From contig WTJP01000115.1 of NCBI GenBank assembly GCA_011526275.1, positions 1 to 34,974 of the forward strand: 34,974 bases of DNA, written 5' to 3'. The notes under the pieces were generated by a model. It worked only from the letters and a program-made list of their open reading frames with translations, was not told the DNA's origin and did no database searches. The DNA comes from Candidatus Arcticimaribacter sp. GTDB taxonomy: Bacteria; Bacteroidota; Bacteroidia; Flavobacteriales; Flavobacteriaceae. Within the stretch, counting starts at the first letter, position 1. Each line of letters opens with the position of its first letter. Made by a program: the position numbers and the translations under genes. Of this stretch, positions 8,247 to 17,891 are shown piece by piece.

Positions 8247-9587
8247 ATGGAAAAAATCATCCAATCCTTTCTAGCCCAAGTCAATCAACGCAATCAAAAT
8301 GAGCCTGAATTTATGCAGGCTGTCACCGAAGTTGCCGAGACGGTTATCCCCTACATCGTGCAACACGACATCTATTACGGGCAAAATATTTTAATGCGTA
8401 TGGTCGAACCCGAACGGGTGGTTTCTTTCCGTGTGGCTTGGATCGATGATCAAGAAGAAATTCAAGTAAACCGCGGTTACCGCATCGAGATGAACTCGGC
8501 TATTGGCCCCTATAAAGGAGGCTTGCGTTTTCACCCATCGGTCAACTTAAGTGTCTTAAAGTTTTTGGCCTTTGAGCAAATCTTTAAAAACAGCCTAACT
8601 ACCCTCCCCATGGGTGGAGGAAAAGGAGGGTCTGACTTTGATCCCAAAGGAAGAACCGATACCGAAGTGATGCGCTTTTGCCAAAGCTTTATGACCGAGC
8701 TCTTCCGTCATATTGGTCCAAACCGCGATATCCCTGCTGGAGATATTGGGGTAGGAAGCCGAGAAATTGGCTACCTCTTTGGGCAATACAAACGCTTGAA
8801 AAATGAATTTACAGGTGTGCTTACAGGAAAAGGCGTGAGTTGGGGAGGTTCCCTCATTCGCCCTGAAGCTACCGGTTATGGGGTGGTGTATTTCACCGAA
8901 CAAATGCTCGCTACCAAGGGCGACGGCTTCAAAGGGAAAAAAGTGGTTATCTCTGGTTCAGGGAACGTAGCACAATACGCTGCAGAGAAAGTTATTCAGT
9001 TAGGCGGAACGGTTTTAACCCTCTCGGACTCCTCTGGTTTTATTTACGACAAAGACGGGATCGACGCAGAGAAGCTGGCCTATATTATGGACCTAAAAAA
9101 TGTGAAACGCGAACGCATTCACAAGTATTTGGAACAATATCCCAATGCAGAATTCCACCAAGGGAAAACCCCATGGGGAGTTGCCTGCGACGTTGCACTT
9201 CCTTGTGCTACACAAAACGAACTGCACCTTGAAGATGCGAAAAGTCTAATTGCAAACGGGTGTATCGCCGTGGGAGAAGGGGCCAACATGCCAACTACTC
9301 CAGACGCTATTCATCATTTTACGCACAACAAAATATTGTTTGCTCCAGGAAAAGCATCCAACGCCGGGGGGGTTGCTGTGTCGGGCTTAGAAATGGCACA
9401 AAATTCCTTGCGTTACAGTTGGACACGAGAAGAAGTGGACAACCGTCTGCAAAACATCATGCAAGACATTCATACATCCTGCATGACCTATGGGCAAGAC
9501 GGGGACTTTACGAATTATGTAAAAGGAGCAAACATTGCCGGCTTTGTTAAAGTAGCCGATGCCATGTTAGCCCAAGGAGTCGTCTAA
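8247..9587 (+). CDS. gdhA: Glutamate dehydrogenase (NADP-specific type)
   Basis: GPYKGGLRFHPSV, GGGKGGSDFDP, RPEATGYG, GSGNVA. Confidence 0.97.
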   Translation: MEKIIQSFLAQVNQRNQNEPEFMQAVTEVAETVIPYIVQHDIYYGQNILMRMVEPERVVSFRVAWIDDQEEIQVNRGYRIEMNSAIGPYKGGLRFHPSVNLSVLKFLAFEQIFKNSLTTLPMGGGKGGSDFDPKGRTDTEVMRFCQSFMTELFRHIGPNRDIPAGDIGVGSREIGYLFGQYKRLKNEFTGVLTGKGVSWGGSLIRPEATGYGVVYFTEQMLATKGDGFKGKKVVISGSGNVAQYAAEKVIQLGGTVLTLSDSSGFIYDKDGIDAEKLAYIMDLKNVKRERIHKYLEQYPNAEFHQGKTPWGVACDVALPCATQNELHLEDAKSLIANGCIAVGEGANMPTTPDAIHHFTHNKILFAPGKASNAGGVAVSGLEMAQNSLRYSWTREEVDNRLQNIMQDIHTSCMTYGQDGDFTNYVKGANIAGFVKVADAMLAQGVV

Positions 9588-9596
9588 ATTCAAAAC

Positions 9597-10316
9597 ATGC
9601 TGGTACAGACCAAGGCCCTTGTACTCCACACCATCAAGTACAATGACAACAGTCTGATTGCGCACTGCTATACCCAAGCCTTAGGGAAACAATCTTTTTT
9701 GCTTAAAGGAATTCTAAGCAGTAAGAAAGGGAAAATTAGAAAGGCGCACTTTCAACCCCTAAGCCTTTTAGATATTCACTTTCAGCATAAAAATAAAGGC
9801 GGCCTGAACTTTATCAAAGAGCTTAAAGTCGATCCGCCTTTCCAAAGCATTTACACCTCCATTCCAAAGAATACCATCGCGTTATTCCTTTCGGAGGTCT
9901 TGTATAAAAGTTTGCAGCAAGAAGAACCTGATCTTCCCTTGTTTGAATACCTTGAAAACGCACTTTTGTGGCTCGACACCCATGACGACATCGCTAATTT
10001 TCATTTGCTTTTCCTGCTAAAACTCACACAATTTCTGGGCTTTTATCCTTTTGTAGAAGAAGAGGAAAGCCCTTATTTCAGCTTGGTGAACGGCTGTTTT
10101 ACTTCCCTTCCTCCCCAGGGGAAATTTCTCGATGGCCTTGCAGCCCAACAATTAAAACAACTCTTGGGCACGAATTTTGCTACACTCAATTTGCCTAAAT
10201 TAAATCAACAGTCAAGGCGTGAATTGCTTGAAGCATTGGTCCACTATTATGAACTACACCTGCATGGATTTTCTAGCCCGAAATCGCTCCCGATTTTGCA
10301 CCAAATTTTCGCTTAG
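9597..10316 (+). CDS. recO: DNA repair protein RecO
   Basis: TKALVLHTIKYNDNSLIA OB-fold start, FLLKLTQFLGFYP, YYELHL..F..PKSL C-terminus typical of Bacteroidota RecO. Confidence 0.92.
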   Translation: MLVQTKALVLHTIKYNDNSLIAHCYTQALGKQSFLLKGILSSKKGKIRKAHFQPLSLLDIHFQHKNKGGLNFIKELKVDPPFQSIYTSIPKNTIALFLSEVLYKSLQQEEPDLPLFEYLENALLWLDTHDDIANFHLLFLLKLTQFLGFYPFVEEEESPYFSLVNGCFTSLPPQGKFLDGLAAQQLKQLLGTNFATLNLPKLNQQSRRELLEALVHYYELHLHGFSSPKSLPILHQIFA

Positions 10317-12789
10317 CTCTTTTGGCCTTAGCCTTGTATTCATCCTAAGCTTTCAATCTTCTGCCCTAGCACAATCGGTTACGGTAATCGATGCCTTTAC
10401 CCAACAGCCACTAGAACAGGTTATGATTACCAATCAAACCAAAGAACGCTATGCTACGACCAACGATCAAGGGCGGTTTGAATTGGATCAATTTGTTGAA
10501 GAAGACCAGCTGTCTTTTCAAATGATGGGCTATGAAAAAACAACCCTAAATCGGAAAGAAATTGGTCTTCAAGACCATGTTGTTGCTCTTTTTTTAGACG
10601 AAAAAATGCTCGGAGAGATCGTGCTTTCAGTAGCACGAACAGCAGCTCAATCACAAAAAATAGCCGAACGGGTTTCCCTCATCGACAAAAACACCATTCA
10701 AAAAGAAAGCCCAACTACGGGTGCAGATTTACTGTTATTAGCCCCTGGGGTACGTTTACAAAAATCGCAAGGGGGCGGGGGTAGTCCCGTACTTCGTGGT
10801 TTTGAAGCCAATAGAGTATTGCTCGTTGTTGACGGGATTCGCATGAACAATGCCATTTACCGTTCTGGACACCTGCAAAACGCCATTACTGTTGATCCCA
10901 ACAGCATTGAACGAGTAGAGGTCATCTATGGGGCATCGTCGGTTGGTTATGGTTCTGACGCCTTAGGGGGGGTGGTTCATTACTATACCAAAACCCCGAA
11001 AATAAACAACAAAAAAGCCATGCAGTCTGTAGTTTCCTCCAACTACAATAGTGCGCAAAACGCCTTTATACAACATTTCGAAACCGAAGCAAGCTTTAGG
11101 CAATGGGCTAGTTTTTCGAGCGTGAGTTATTCCAGTTTTGGGGATATTCGCATGGGGAAAAACCGTCAACACGGCTACGAAGACTGGGGCTTGGTCAACA
11201 CCTATTCTGCCAATAGCGAAACAGCATACTTTGCGACACCAAGTACCAATAGCAATCCTAACATTCAAAAAAACAGTGGCTACAGCCAAGTGGATTTCCT
11301 CCAAAAATTTGTAGTCAACCTGCCCGGTGAATCGCAATTTTTACTCAATCTGCAATTTTCCAACTCCTCCAACATCCCGCGTTTTGACAAACTCAACGAA
11401 GCTCGTGAGGGGAGCTTGCGCTTTGCCGAGTGGCACTATGGCCCACAAAAACGCTTGTTGATTTCCCCCCAACTGAAATTATTTCCAAGGAAAAAACTCC
11501 TTTACAAAGGGACCATTACCGGAGCATTTCAGCAAGTAGAAGAAGCGCGAATCAAGCGCAACTTTGGTAGCTTAAGCCGAGAATCGCAAAACGAGGCGGT
11601 TGATGTGTTTAGCATCAATGGGGATTTTGAAATGGCAAAAACCGAACGCTTTAGTGTCGCTTATGGATTTGAATGGGTGCACAACCGCATCGAATCAAAC
11701 GCCTTTGCTGTGGACCTCCAAATTGCCAATAACACCATTTTGGGTGAAGAAAATAAACGGATGATCCCGACGCGTTACCCCAGTGATGGGAGCCGTTACA
11801 CCATAGTAGCAGCTTACGGAAACTTTCGCTATGATCTAAACGACAAAACAACCGTAGCGCTTGGAACGCGTTTGACCAACACCCAATTGGATGCAGCGTG
11901 GAACGATGCGGCATTGATTAATTCACAACTCAATAGTGTAAAGGCAAAAAACACGGCCATAACGGGAAGTTTTTCGCTCGCCTATCGACCAACACAAAAC
12001 TGGCGACTCAATCTTCTTGGATCGAGTGGTTTTCGCTCCCCCAACATCGACGACCTAGGAAAAATTCGGGAAAACAAAGGCATGCTTCTTGTGCCCAATC
12101 CTAACCTAAAACCAGAATTTGTCTATACTGTAGACGGAGGTATAGCCTATCATCCCAAAGACAAAGCGGTAAATTTCAATCTGCGGTTTTACCACAGTTC
12201 CCTGCGCGACTACATTGGACGCATGGCCTACTCCATTGCAACTGACAGCTCCACCCTTGCCGCCTCGACCATTATGTTTAGCGATGAGGTCGTTACCACC
12301 CAAGCCAACGCCAATATTGGGAATGGACGCATCTATGGCTTTTCTTTTGAAGGCGGATGGCGCATTAACGAGCTATTGAGTGCAACAGCGCAATTTACCC
12401 ATACTGCGGCGGCAGAAAATGCAATGCTAGGACCACTCCCTTCAATACTTCCCTATTACGGTGGGGTTGATTTACGCTATACCAAAGAAAAGGTTTCCCT
12501 TTCGTTACGCCAGCGCTTCAACAGCAGTAAGTCGCCCGAGGAATACAGTCTTGGTGGTGAAGATGGCTTAGAAGAAACGCCTGCAGTGTCCACGAGTGTT
12601 GATCCCAGTGGTTTTGCCGGCAGCCCAAGTTGGGCAACCTATTCCTTGCTCGCGCAGTTTAAAGTCAATGAAAATCTACGCCTTAATGCAACTTTAGAGA
12701 ACATCTTTGATTTGCATTACCGCAGTTTTGCCTCGGGAATTTCAGCACCGGGGAGGAGTTTAAATCTCGGCGGGCGTTATCAGTTTTAA
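10264..12789 (+). CDS. TonB-dependent outer-membrane receptor
   Basis: Signal peptide ending ALA|Q; plug motifs SPVLRGF, VDGIRMN, IERVEVIYG..YGSDALGG; NPNLKPE; ENIFD..Y; C-terminal RYQF. Start set at the last in-frame ATG before the signal peptide (the ORF track starts at 10219). Confidence 0.9.
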   Translation: MDFLARNRSRFCTKFSLSSFGLSLVFILSFQSSALAQSVTVIDAFTQQPLEQVMITNQTKERYATTNDQGRFELDQFVEEDQLSFQMMGYEKTTLNRKEIGLQDHVVALFLDEKMLGEIVLSVARTAAQSQKIAERVSLIDKNTIQKESPTTGADLLLLAPGVRLQKSQGGGGSPVLRGFEANRVLLVVDGIRMNNAIYRSGHLQNAITVDPNSIERVEVIYGASSVGYGSDALGGVVHYYTKTPKINNKKAMQSVVSSNYNSAQNAFIQHFETEASFRQWASFSSVSYSSFGDIRMGKNRQHGYEDWGLVNTYSANSETAYFATPSTNSNPNIQKNSGYSQVDFLQKFVVNLPGESQFLLNLQFSNSSNIPRFDKLNEAREGSLRFAEWHYGPQKRLLISPQLKLFPRKKLLYKGTITGAFQQVEEARIKRNFGSLSRESQNEAVDVFSINGDFEMAKTERFSVAYGFEWVHNRIESNAFAVDLQIANNTILGEENKRMIPTRYPSDGSRYTIVAAYGNFRYDLNDKTTVALGTRLTNTQLDAAWNDAALINSQLNSVKAKNTAITGSFSLAYRPTQNWRLNLLGSSGFRSPNIDDLGKIRENKGMLLVPNPNLKPEFVYTVDGGIAYHPKDKAVNFNLRFYHSSLRDYIGRMAYSIATDSSTLAASTIMFSDEVVTTQANANIGNGRIYGFSFEGGWRINELLSATAQFTHTAAAENAMLGPLPSILPYYGGVDLRYTKEKVSLSLRQRFNSSKSPEEYSLGGEDGLEETPAVSTSVDPSGFAGSPSWATYSLLAQFKVNENLRLNATLENIFDLHYRSFASGISAPGRSLNLGGRYQF

Positions 12790-13382
12790 TACATTTTGTC
12801 CAAGAGGCTTTGCTTGAGCCCCGCTTCCCATTCTTCCTTTATAATACTTAAAACAGCACTGTCACGACGACCCGTTGATGCAGTACAATTGTTCCGTAAG
12901 ATACCTTCCAGTGTACAACCTATTCCCTGCATGGCGGCAAGACTGCGTTGATTGCGCGCATCGGCTCTAAATTCTACCCGTTCCATTTCAAGCGTTTCAA
13001 AAGCATAACTCAACAAAAGATATTTGCACTGCCGATTGAGCCCCGTGCGTTGAAACTTTTTGCCATACCACGTATACCCCAGGCTTAAGGTCTTGTGGTG
13101 AAAATCCATCTCGTAAAAACGAGTACTGCCTGCCACCTGCTGGGTCGCTTTGTCAAACACCAAAAATGGATATCCTTTTTGCTGCTCACGAAGTAAAAGG
13201 GCACTTTCAACATAGGTGGATAACGCGTCTTCTCCCGCAGCCGAAGTAATGGAATACTCCCATAAACTGGGTTCTTTCAAAGAAAAGGGAAGTAAAAATG
13301 CAATGTCGGTTTTAGCGAGCGGACGTAGTTCTACACGCTCGTTCGACAAAGTAAAATCTAAAGTGAAATCAAAAGTGTTCAA
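12786..13382 (-). CDS. GNAT N-acetyltransferase (RimJ/RimL-like)
   Basis: RVELRPL, LGYTWYGKKFQRTG, YAFETLEMERVE, N.RS....IG...EG.LR. Confidence 0.9.
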   Translation of the reverse strand: MNTFDFTLDFTLSNERVELRPLAKTDIAFLLPFSLKEPSLWEYSITSAAGEDALSTYVESALLLREQQKGYPFLVFDKATQQVAGSTRFYEMDFHHKTLSLGYTWYGKKFQRTGLNRQCKYLLLSYAFETLEMERVEFRADARNQRSLAAMQGIGCTLEGILRNNCTASTGRRDSAVLSIIKEEWEAGLKQSLLDKMY

Positions 13383-13431
13383 CGGATTGTTATGTTGTGG
13401 TTTAGGTAAAGTGTAAATGTATAAAATTCCG

Positions 13432-13439
13432 TAATTTCG
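13432..13439 (+). promoter_or_regulatory. Probable -7 element (TAATTTCG) for the ileS operon
   Basis: One mismatch to TAnnTTTG, 20 nt upstream of the ileS ATG. Confidence 0.45.
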
Positions 13440-13459
13440 CAGCTTTAGAACTACTCCCT

Positions 13460-16400
13460 ATGGGCTTTAAGGAACGCAAGCAACTCAACCTAGCAGCAAC
13501 TGCACAAGACATCCTCTCTTTTTGGGAAGAACAATCCATTTTTGAAAAGAGTGTGAGCACCCGTGAGGGCCACCCCCCTTATGTGTTTTACGAAGGGCCG
13601 CCATCGGCCAACGGTATGCCGGGTATTCACCACGTAATGGCACGTGCCATCAAGGATATTTTCTGCCGCTATAAAACCCAAAAAGGCTTTCAGGTAAAAC
13701 GCAAAGCAGGTTGGGACACCCACGGGCTTCCCGTGGAACTTGGCGTTGAAAAAGAATTGGGAATTACCAAAGATGCTATTGGGAAAAGTATTAGCGTAGA
13801 AGAGTACAACGAAGCCTGTAAAAATGCGGTTATGCGCTACACCGATGTGTGGAACCGCCTAACAGAGCAAATGGGCTACTGGGTCGATATGGAAGACCCC
13901 TACATTACCTATAAATCAAAGTACATTGAGTCGGTTTGGTGGTTATTAAAGCAGATTTATGACAAAGGGCTTTTGTATAAAGGCTATACCATTCAGCCCT
14001 ATTCTCCAAAAGCAGGAACGGGTCTAAGCTCCCATGAGCTCAATCAACCGGGCACCTATCGCGATGTGACCGACACCACCATCACCGCCATGTTTAAAAC
14101 CTTGCCCGAGACTTTACCGGCAAGTTTACAAGCCGATGATGCACTGTATATTTTGGCCTGGACCACTACTCCTTGGACCCTGCCCTCCAACACCGCACTT
14201 ACGGTAGGGAAAAAAATAGACTATGTGGTGGTAGAAACCTATAACCAATATACCCACTTACCCATTCGGGTACTATTGGCCAAAGCCTTAGTCAACAAAC
14301 AATTTTCTGGGAAATATACCGCTGTTGAAGATCTTGATGCGGTCAAGGCCTATGAAAGTGGGGCAAAGAAAATCCCCTATTGCATTACACAAGAAATCAA
14401 AGGAGAGGCCCTCATCGGGATTCGTTATGAACAGCTGTGGCACCAAGCTCCACTTCCGCTCAGCCAACCGGAAAATGCATTCCGCGTTATTGCAGGAGAC
14501 TTTGTTACAACCGAAGACGGAACGGGAATTGTGCACACGGCTCCTACCTTTGGAGCTGATGATGCCCAAGTTGCCAAAGAAGCTACTCCGCCTGTGCCGC
14601 CGCTCTTGGTAAAAGACGAAAACGAAAATGAAGTTCCTTTGGTCGATTTGGCCGGGAAGTTCTATGCTGGCCTCCCCGAAATTGGTGGGAAGTTTGTCAA
14701 AAACGCCTATTATCCCGAGGGAGAAGCACCCGAAAAATCGGTTGATGTGGAGATTGCTATCCGACTCAAAGAGGAAAACCGTGCGTTCAAAGTGGAGAAA
14801 TACGTTCACTCCTATCCCAACTGTTGGCGAACCGATAAACCTATTCTTTACTACCCCCTAGACTCTTGGTTCATCAAAGTAACCGATGTGCGAGACAAAA
14901 TGGTGGCCAACAACAACAAAATTAACTGGAAACCCAAATCGACAGGAGAAGGACGTTTCGGGAATTGGCTCGCCAATGCCAACGACTGGAACCTTTCGCG
15001 CTCGCGCTTCTGGGGAATTCCATTGCCCATTTGGCGCACCGAAGACGGAAAAGAAAGTACCATCGTTGGTTCGGTTGAAGAGTTGGTCGCTGCTATCGAA
15101 AAATCGATCGCTGCAGGTTTTATGAAAGAAAACCCTTTCAAAAACTTCGAGGTAGGGAACATGAGCGAAGAAAACTACGATCAAATTGACCTGCATAAAA
15201 ACACGGTTGATCCCATCGTACTGTGTAGCCCAAGTGGGCAGGCCATGTACCGTGAAAGCGATTTAATTGACGTCTGGTTTGATTCAGGGTCCATGCCTTA
15301 CGCCCAATGGCACTATCCTTTTGAAAACAAGGAAATGATCGACCAAAACGAAGCATTCCCCGCCGACTATATTGCAGAAGGAGTAGACCAAACCCGTGGG
15401 TGGTTCTACACCCTACATGCTATTGGAACACTGGTATTTGATTCTATTGCCTATAAAAATGTGGTCTCTAACGGACTGGTCTTAGACAAAAACGGACAAA
15501 AAATGTCCAAGCGTTTAGGCAATGCTGCAGACCCCTTTGAAACGCTGGAAAAATACGGGGCCGATGCTACGCGTTGGTACATGATTTCAAACGCTAACCC
15601 TTGGGACAACCTCAAGTTTGACCTCGATGGAATTGCAGAAGTCTCGCGGAAATTCTTCGGAACGCTGCACAACACCTATTCTTTCTTTAGCCTTTATGCT
15701 AACATCGATAACTTTAGCTACAAAGAAGCCGCTATTCCTGTGGAAGAACGCTCGGAAATGGACCAATGGATCCTTTCTGAATTGAACCGTTTAATCGAGC
15801 AAGTAGATCACGCCTATAACGACTATGAACCCACCAAAGCCACGCGTTTAATCGCCGACTTTGTACAAGAAATTTTAAGCAATTGGTATGTGCGTCAATC
15901 CAGAAGAAGATTCTGGAAAGGAGAGTACGAAAAAGATAAAATCGCCGCCTACCAAACCCTCTTTGATTGTTTGCTTAGTGTGAGTAAACTCATGGCGCCA
16001 GTCGCTCCTTTTTATGCCGACCAATTGTACCGTGACCTCTGCGCTGCTACACAAACAGAGCAATATGCATCGGTTCACTTGGCGCATTTCCCCGTAGCTG
16101 ATGCGTCTTTGCGAAATCTAGCGCTAGAAGACCGCATGGGCAAAGCGAGAACTATTTCCTCTTTGGCCCTTTCACTGCGAAAGAAAGAGCAAATTAAAGT
16201 GCGTCAGCCGCTACAAAAAATCATGATTCCAGTGCGCAATGCACAAGAAAAGGAAGCCATTGAAAAAGTAGCCGACTTGATTCAGTCGGAAATCAATGTA
16301 AAGTCGATCGAATTGCTCGATGATGCTAGCGATATTTTGGTGAAGGAAATCAAACCCAACTTCAAAGCTTTGGGCCCTCGTTTTGGTAAAAACATGAAAG

Positions 16401-16867
16401 AAGCCGTGGCAATTATCAACGGCTTAAACGATGATCAAATCAAGCAACTAGAGGCAGAGGAGTCAATTGATATAAGCATTGGAGGAGAAGCTGCCCAATT
16501 ACAACCCACCGATGTTTTAATCGAATCTAAAGACATCGAAGGCTGGTTGGTGGCAAATGGGAATGGACTCACGGTGGCCTTAGATATTCAACTCGATGAT
16601 GCTTTGATCAAAGAAGGTGTCGCGCGCGAGATGATTAATCGCATTCAAAACCTAAGAAAAGACCGCGGTCTTGAGGTCACTGACAAAATTATTTTATATT
16701 TGAAAGAAGATGCTCTGCTGAACGAGGTGTTTGAAACCCACCAAGAATACATTCAGCAAGAAACACTTACCGATAAAATTGTCGTTGAAAAAAGCATAGA
16801 TGAAGGAGAGACAATTGAATTCGATCAAATTAAAACAGTAGTCAACCTACAAAAACTATTGCCATGA
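13460..16867 (+). CDS. ileS: Isoleucine--tRNA ligase, type 2 (eukaryote-like)
   Basis: 1135 aa; EGPPSANGMPGIHH, GWDTHGLP, AWTTTPWTLP, GTGIVH, EGVDQTRGWF, KMSKR; IleRS2-type C-terminus without Zn finger. Confidence 0.97.
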   Translation: MGFKERKQLNLAATAQDILSFWEEQSIFEKSVSTREGHPPYVFYEGPPSANGMPGIHHVMARAIKDIFCRYKTQKGFQVKRKAGWDTHGLPVELGVEKELGITKDAIGKSISVEEYNEACKNAVMRYTDVWNRLTEQMGYWVDMEDPYITYKSKYIESVWWLLKQIYDKGLLYKGYTIQPYSPKAGTGLSSHELNQPGTYRDVTDTTITAMFKTLPETLPASLQADDALYILAWTTTPWTLPSNTALTVGKKIDYVVVETYNQYTHLPIRVLLAKALVNKQFSGKYTAVEDLDAVKAYESGAKKIPYCITQEIKGEALIGIRYEQLWHQAPLPLSQPENAFRVIAGDFVTTEDGTGIVHTAPTFGADDAQVAKEATPPVPPLLVKDENENEVPLVDLAGKFYAGLPEIGGKFVKNAYYPEGEAPEKSVDVEIAIRLKEENRAFKVEKYVHSYPNCWRTDKPILYYPLDSWFIKVTDVRDKMVANNNKINWKPKSTGEGRFGNWLANANDWNLSRSRFWGIPLPIWRTEDGKESTIVGSVEELVAAIEKSIAAGFMKENPFKNFEVGNMSEENYDQIDLHKNTVDPIVLCSPSGQAMYRESDLIDVWFDSGSMPYAQWHYPFENKEMIDQNEAFPADYIAEGVDQTRGWFYTLHAIGTLVFDSIAYKNVVSNGLVLDKNGQKMSKRLGNAADPFETLEKYGADATRWYMISNANPWDNLKFDLDGIAEVSRKFFGTLHNTYSFFSLYANIDNFSYKEAAIPVEERSEMDQWILSELNRLIEQVDHAYNDYEPTKATRLIADFVQEILSNWYVRQSRRRFWKGEYEKDKIAAYQTLFDCLLSVSKLMAPVAPFYADQLYRDLCAATQTEQYASVHLAHFPVADASLRNLALEDRMGKARTISSLALSLRKKEQIKVRQPLQKIMIPVRNAQEKEAIEKVADLIQSEINVKSIELLDDASDILVKEIKPNFKALGPRFGKNMKEAVAIINGLNDDQIKQLEAEESIDISIGGEAAQLQPTDVLIESKDIEGWLVANGNGLTVALDIQLDDALIKEGVAREMINRIQNLRKDRGLEVTDKIILYLKEDALLNEVFETHQEYIQQETLTDKIVVEKSIDEGETIEFDQIKTVVNLQKLLP

Positions 16868-17247
16868 GTGAAGTAGTCAAAAACCGCTATTCAGACAAAG
16901 ACCTTGAAGAGTTCAAGGTATTGATTGATGAGAAAATTGAAAAAGCAAAACAGGATTTAGAATTGCTGAAAAGTTCCTACATGAACAATGGGAACAACGG
17001 AACCGAAGACACCTCTCCTACCTTTAAGGCCTTTGAAGAGGGATCAGAAACCATGTCGAAAGAAGCCAATACCCAGCTGGCTTTGCGTCAGGAAAAATTC
17101 ATCCGCGATTTGAAGAATGCTTTAATGCGCATTGAAAACAAGACCTACGGTGTTTGCCGTGTAACGGGGAAATTGATTCAAAAAGAACGTTTGATTTTGG
17201 TACCTCACGCCACCTTGAGCATAGAGGCCAAAAACATGCAAAAATAA
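16864..17247 (+). CDS. dksA: TraR/DksA family transcription factor
   Basis: Coiled coil followed by ALMRIENKTYGVC..TG..I.KERL..VPHA; ATGA overlap with the ileS stop. Confidence 0.85.
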   Translation: MSEVVKNRYSDKDLEEFKVLIDEKIEKAKQDLELLKSSYMNNGNNGTEDTSPTFKAFEEGSETMSKEANTQLALRQEKFIRDLKNALMRIENKTYGVCRVTGKLIQKERLILVPHATLSIEAKNMQK

Positions 17248-17249
17248 TT

Positions 17250-17867
17250 TTGCTCCGCCTTCTTGCGGTCTTTCTTCTTTCCACTCCCCTTTTGGGGCAA
17301 AATTCAGTTGTACAGTCTTGGCCTGCAAACGAGATTTCATCTCTGCAGCTTCAGTTACCCTATGCCAACCGCATTGAAATTATTGGCGAAAGCCGAACCA
17401 CAATAGAGGCAGAATATCTCGCCGAAGGGGAATACCAAAACGACTTGCGCTTAAATGCTGTACTTCAAAAAGAGCAATTGATTTTAACCGAACAACTTTC
17501 GCCCAGTTTCAATCCTTATCACGACAAGTTGAGCGCCCACAAAGTCATGGCTAGCACCCTGAAACTAAAAGTTCCAGAAAAAATAGCGCTTTCGCTTGCT
17601 GTAGAAAACGCACAAACCCAACTCACAGGAATAATAAAGCAGCTCGAATTAAAGCAAAACGAAGGAAATGTTTCTTTAGAAAGCGAAGCCATAGAAGGAC
17701 AGGTTTGGACCAATAAAGCCAATATCCAAATCGATGATACCATTCGAGTGGTATTTGCCGCTTCGAAAAAGGGAAATGTAGTGGGTGGATTTACATCAAA
17801 GGAAAAGGCGCGCTTACTGCTGTATTCTAACAGCGGAAATATTTCCCGCCTATCCAAGAGAAAATAA
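17250..17867 (+). CDS. Secreted hypothetical protein with beta-strand repeat (DUF4097/adhesin-like) C-terminus
   Basis: A TTG start 2 nt after the dksA stop gives the signal peptide MLRLLAVFLLSTPLLG|Q; LKVPE and repeated S/N-x-G-N-V/I motifs. The ORF-track start 17154 lies inside dksA; true start uncertain. Confidence 0.6.
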   Translation: MLRLLAVFLLSTPLLGQNSVVQSWPANEISSLQLQLPYANRIEIIGESRTTIEAEYLAEGEYQNDLRLNAVLQKEQLILTEQLSPSFNPYHDKLSAHKVMASTLKLKVPEKIALSLAVENAQTQLTGIIKQLELKQNEGNVSLESEAIEGQVWTNKANIQIDDTIRVVFAASKKGNVVGGFTSKEKARLLLYSNSGNISRLSKRK

Positions 17868-17868
17868 C

Positions 17869-17876
17869 TACTTTTG
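17869..17876 (+). promoter_or_regulatory. -7 element (TACTTTTG) upstream of lspA
   Basis: Exact TAnnTTTG match 15 nt before ATG 17892. Confidence 0.55.
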
Positions 17877-17891
17877 AACTTTCGAAAGCCG

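Noticed and set aside
13383-13459. T-box riboswitch upstream of ileS
   Set aside because: The 77-nt gap is too short and has no T-box (GGTGGNACC) motif
17154-17249. N-terminal extension of the hypothetical ORF overlapping dksA
   Set aside because: Non-signal-like sequence inside dksA; a downstream TTG gives a proper signal peptide
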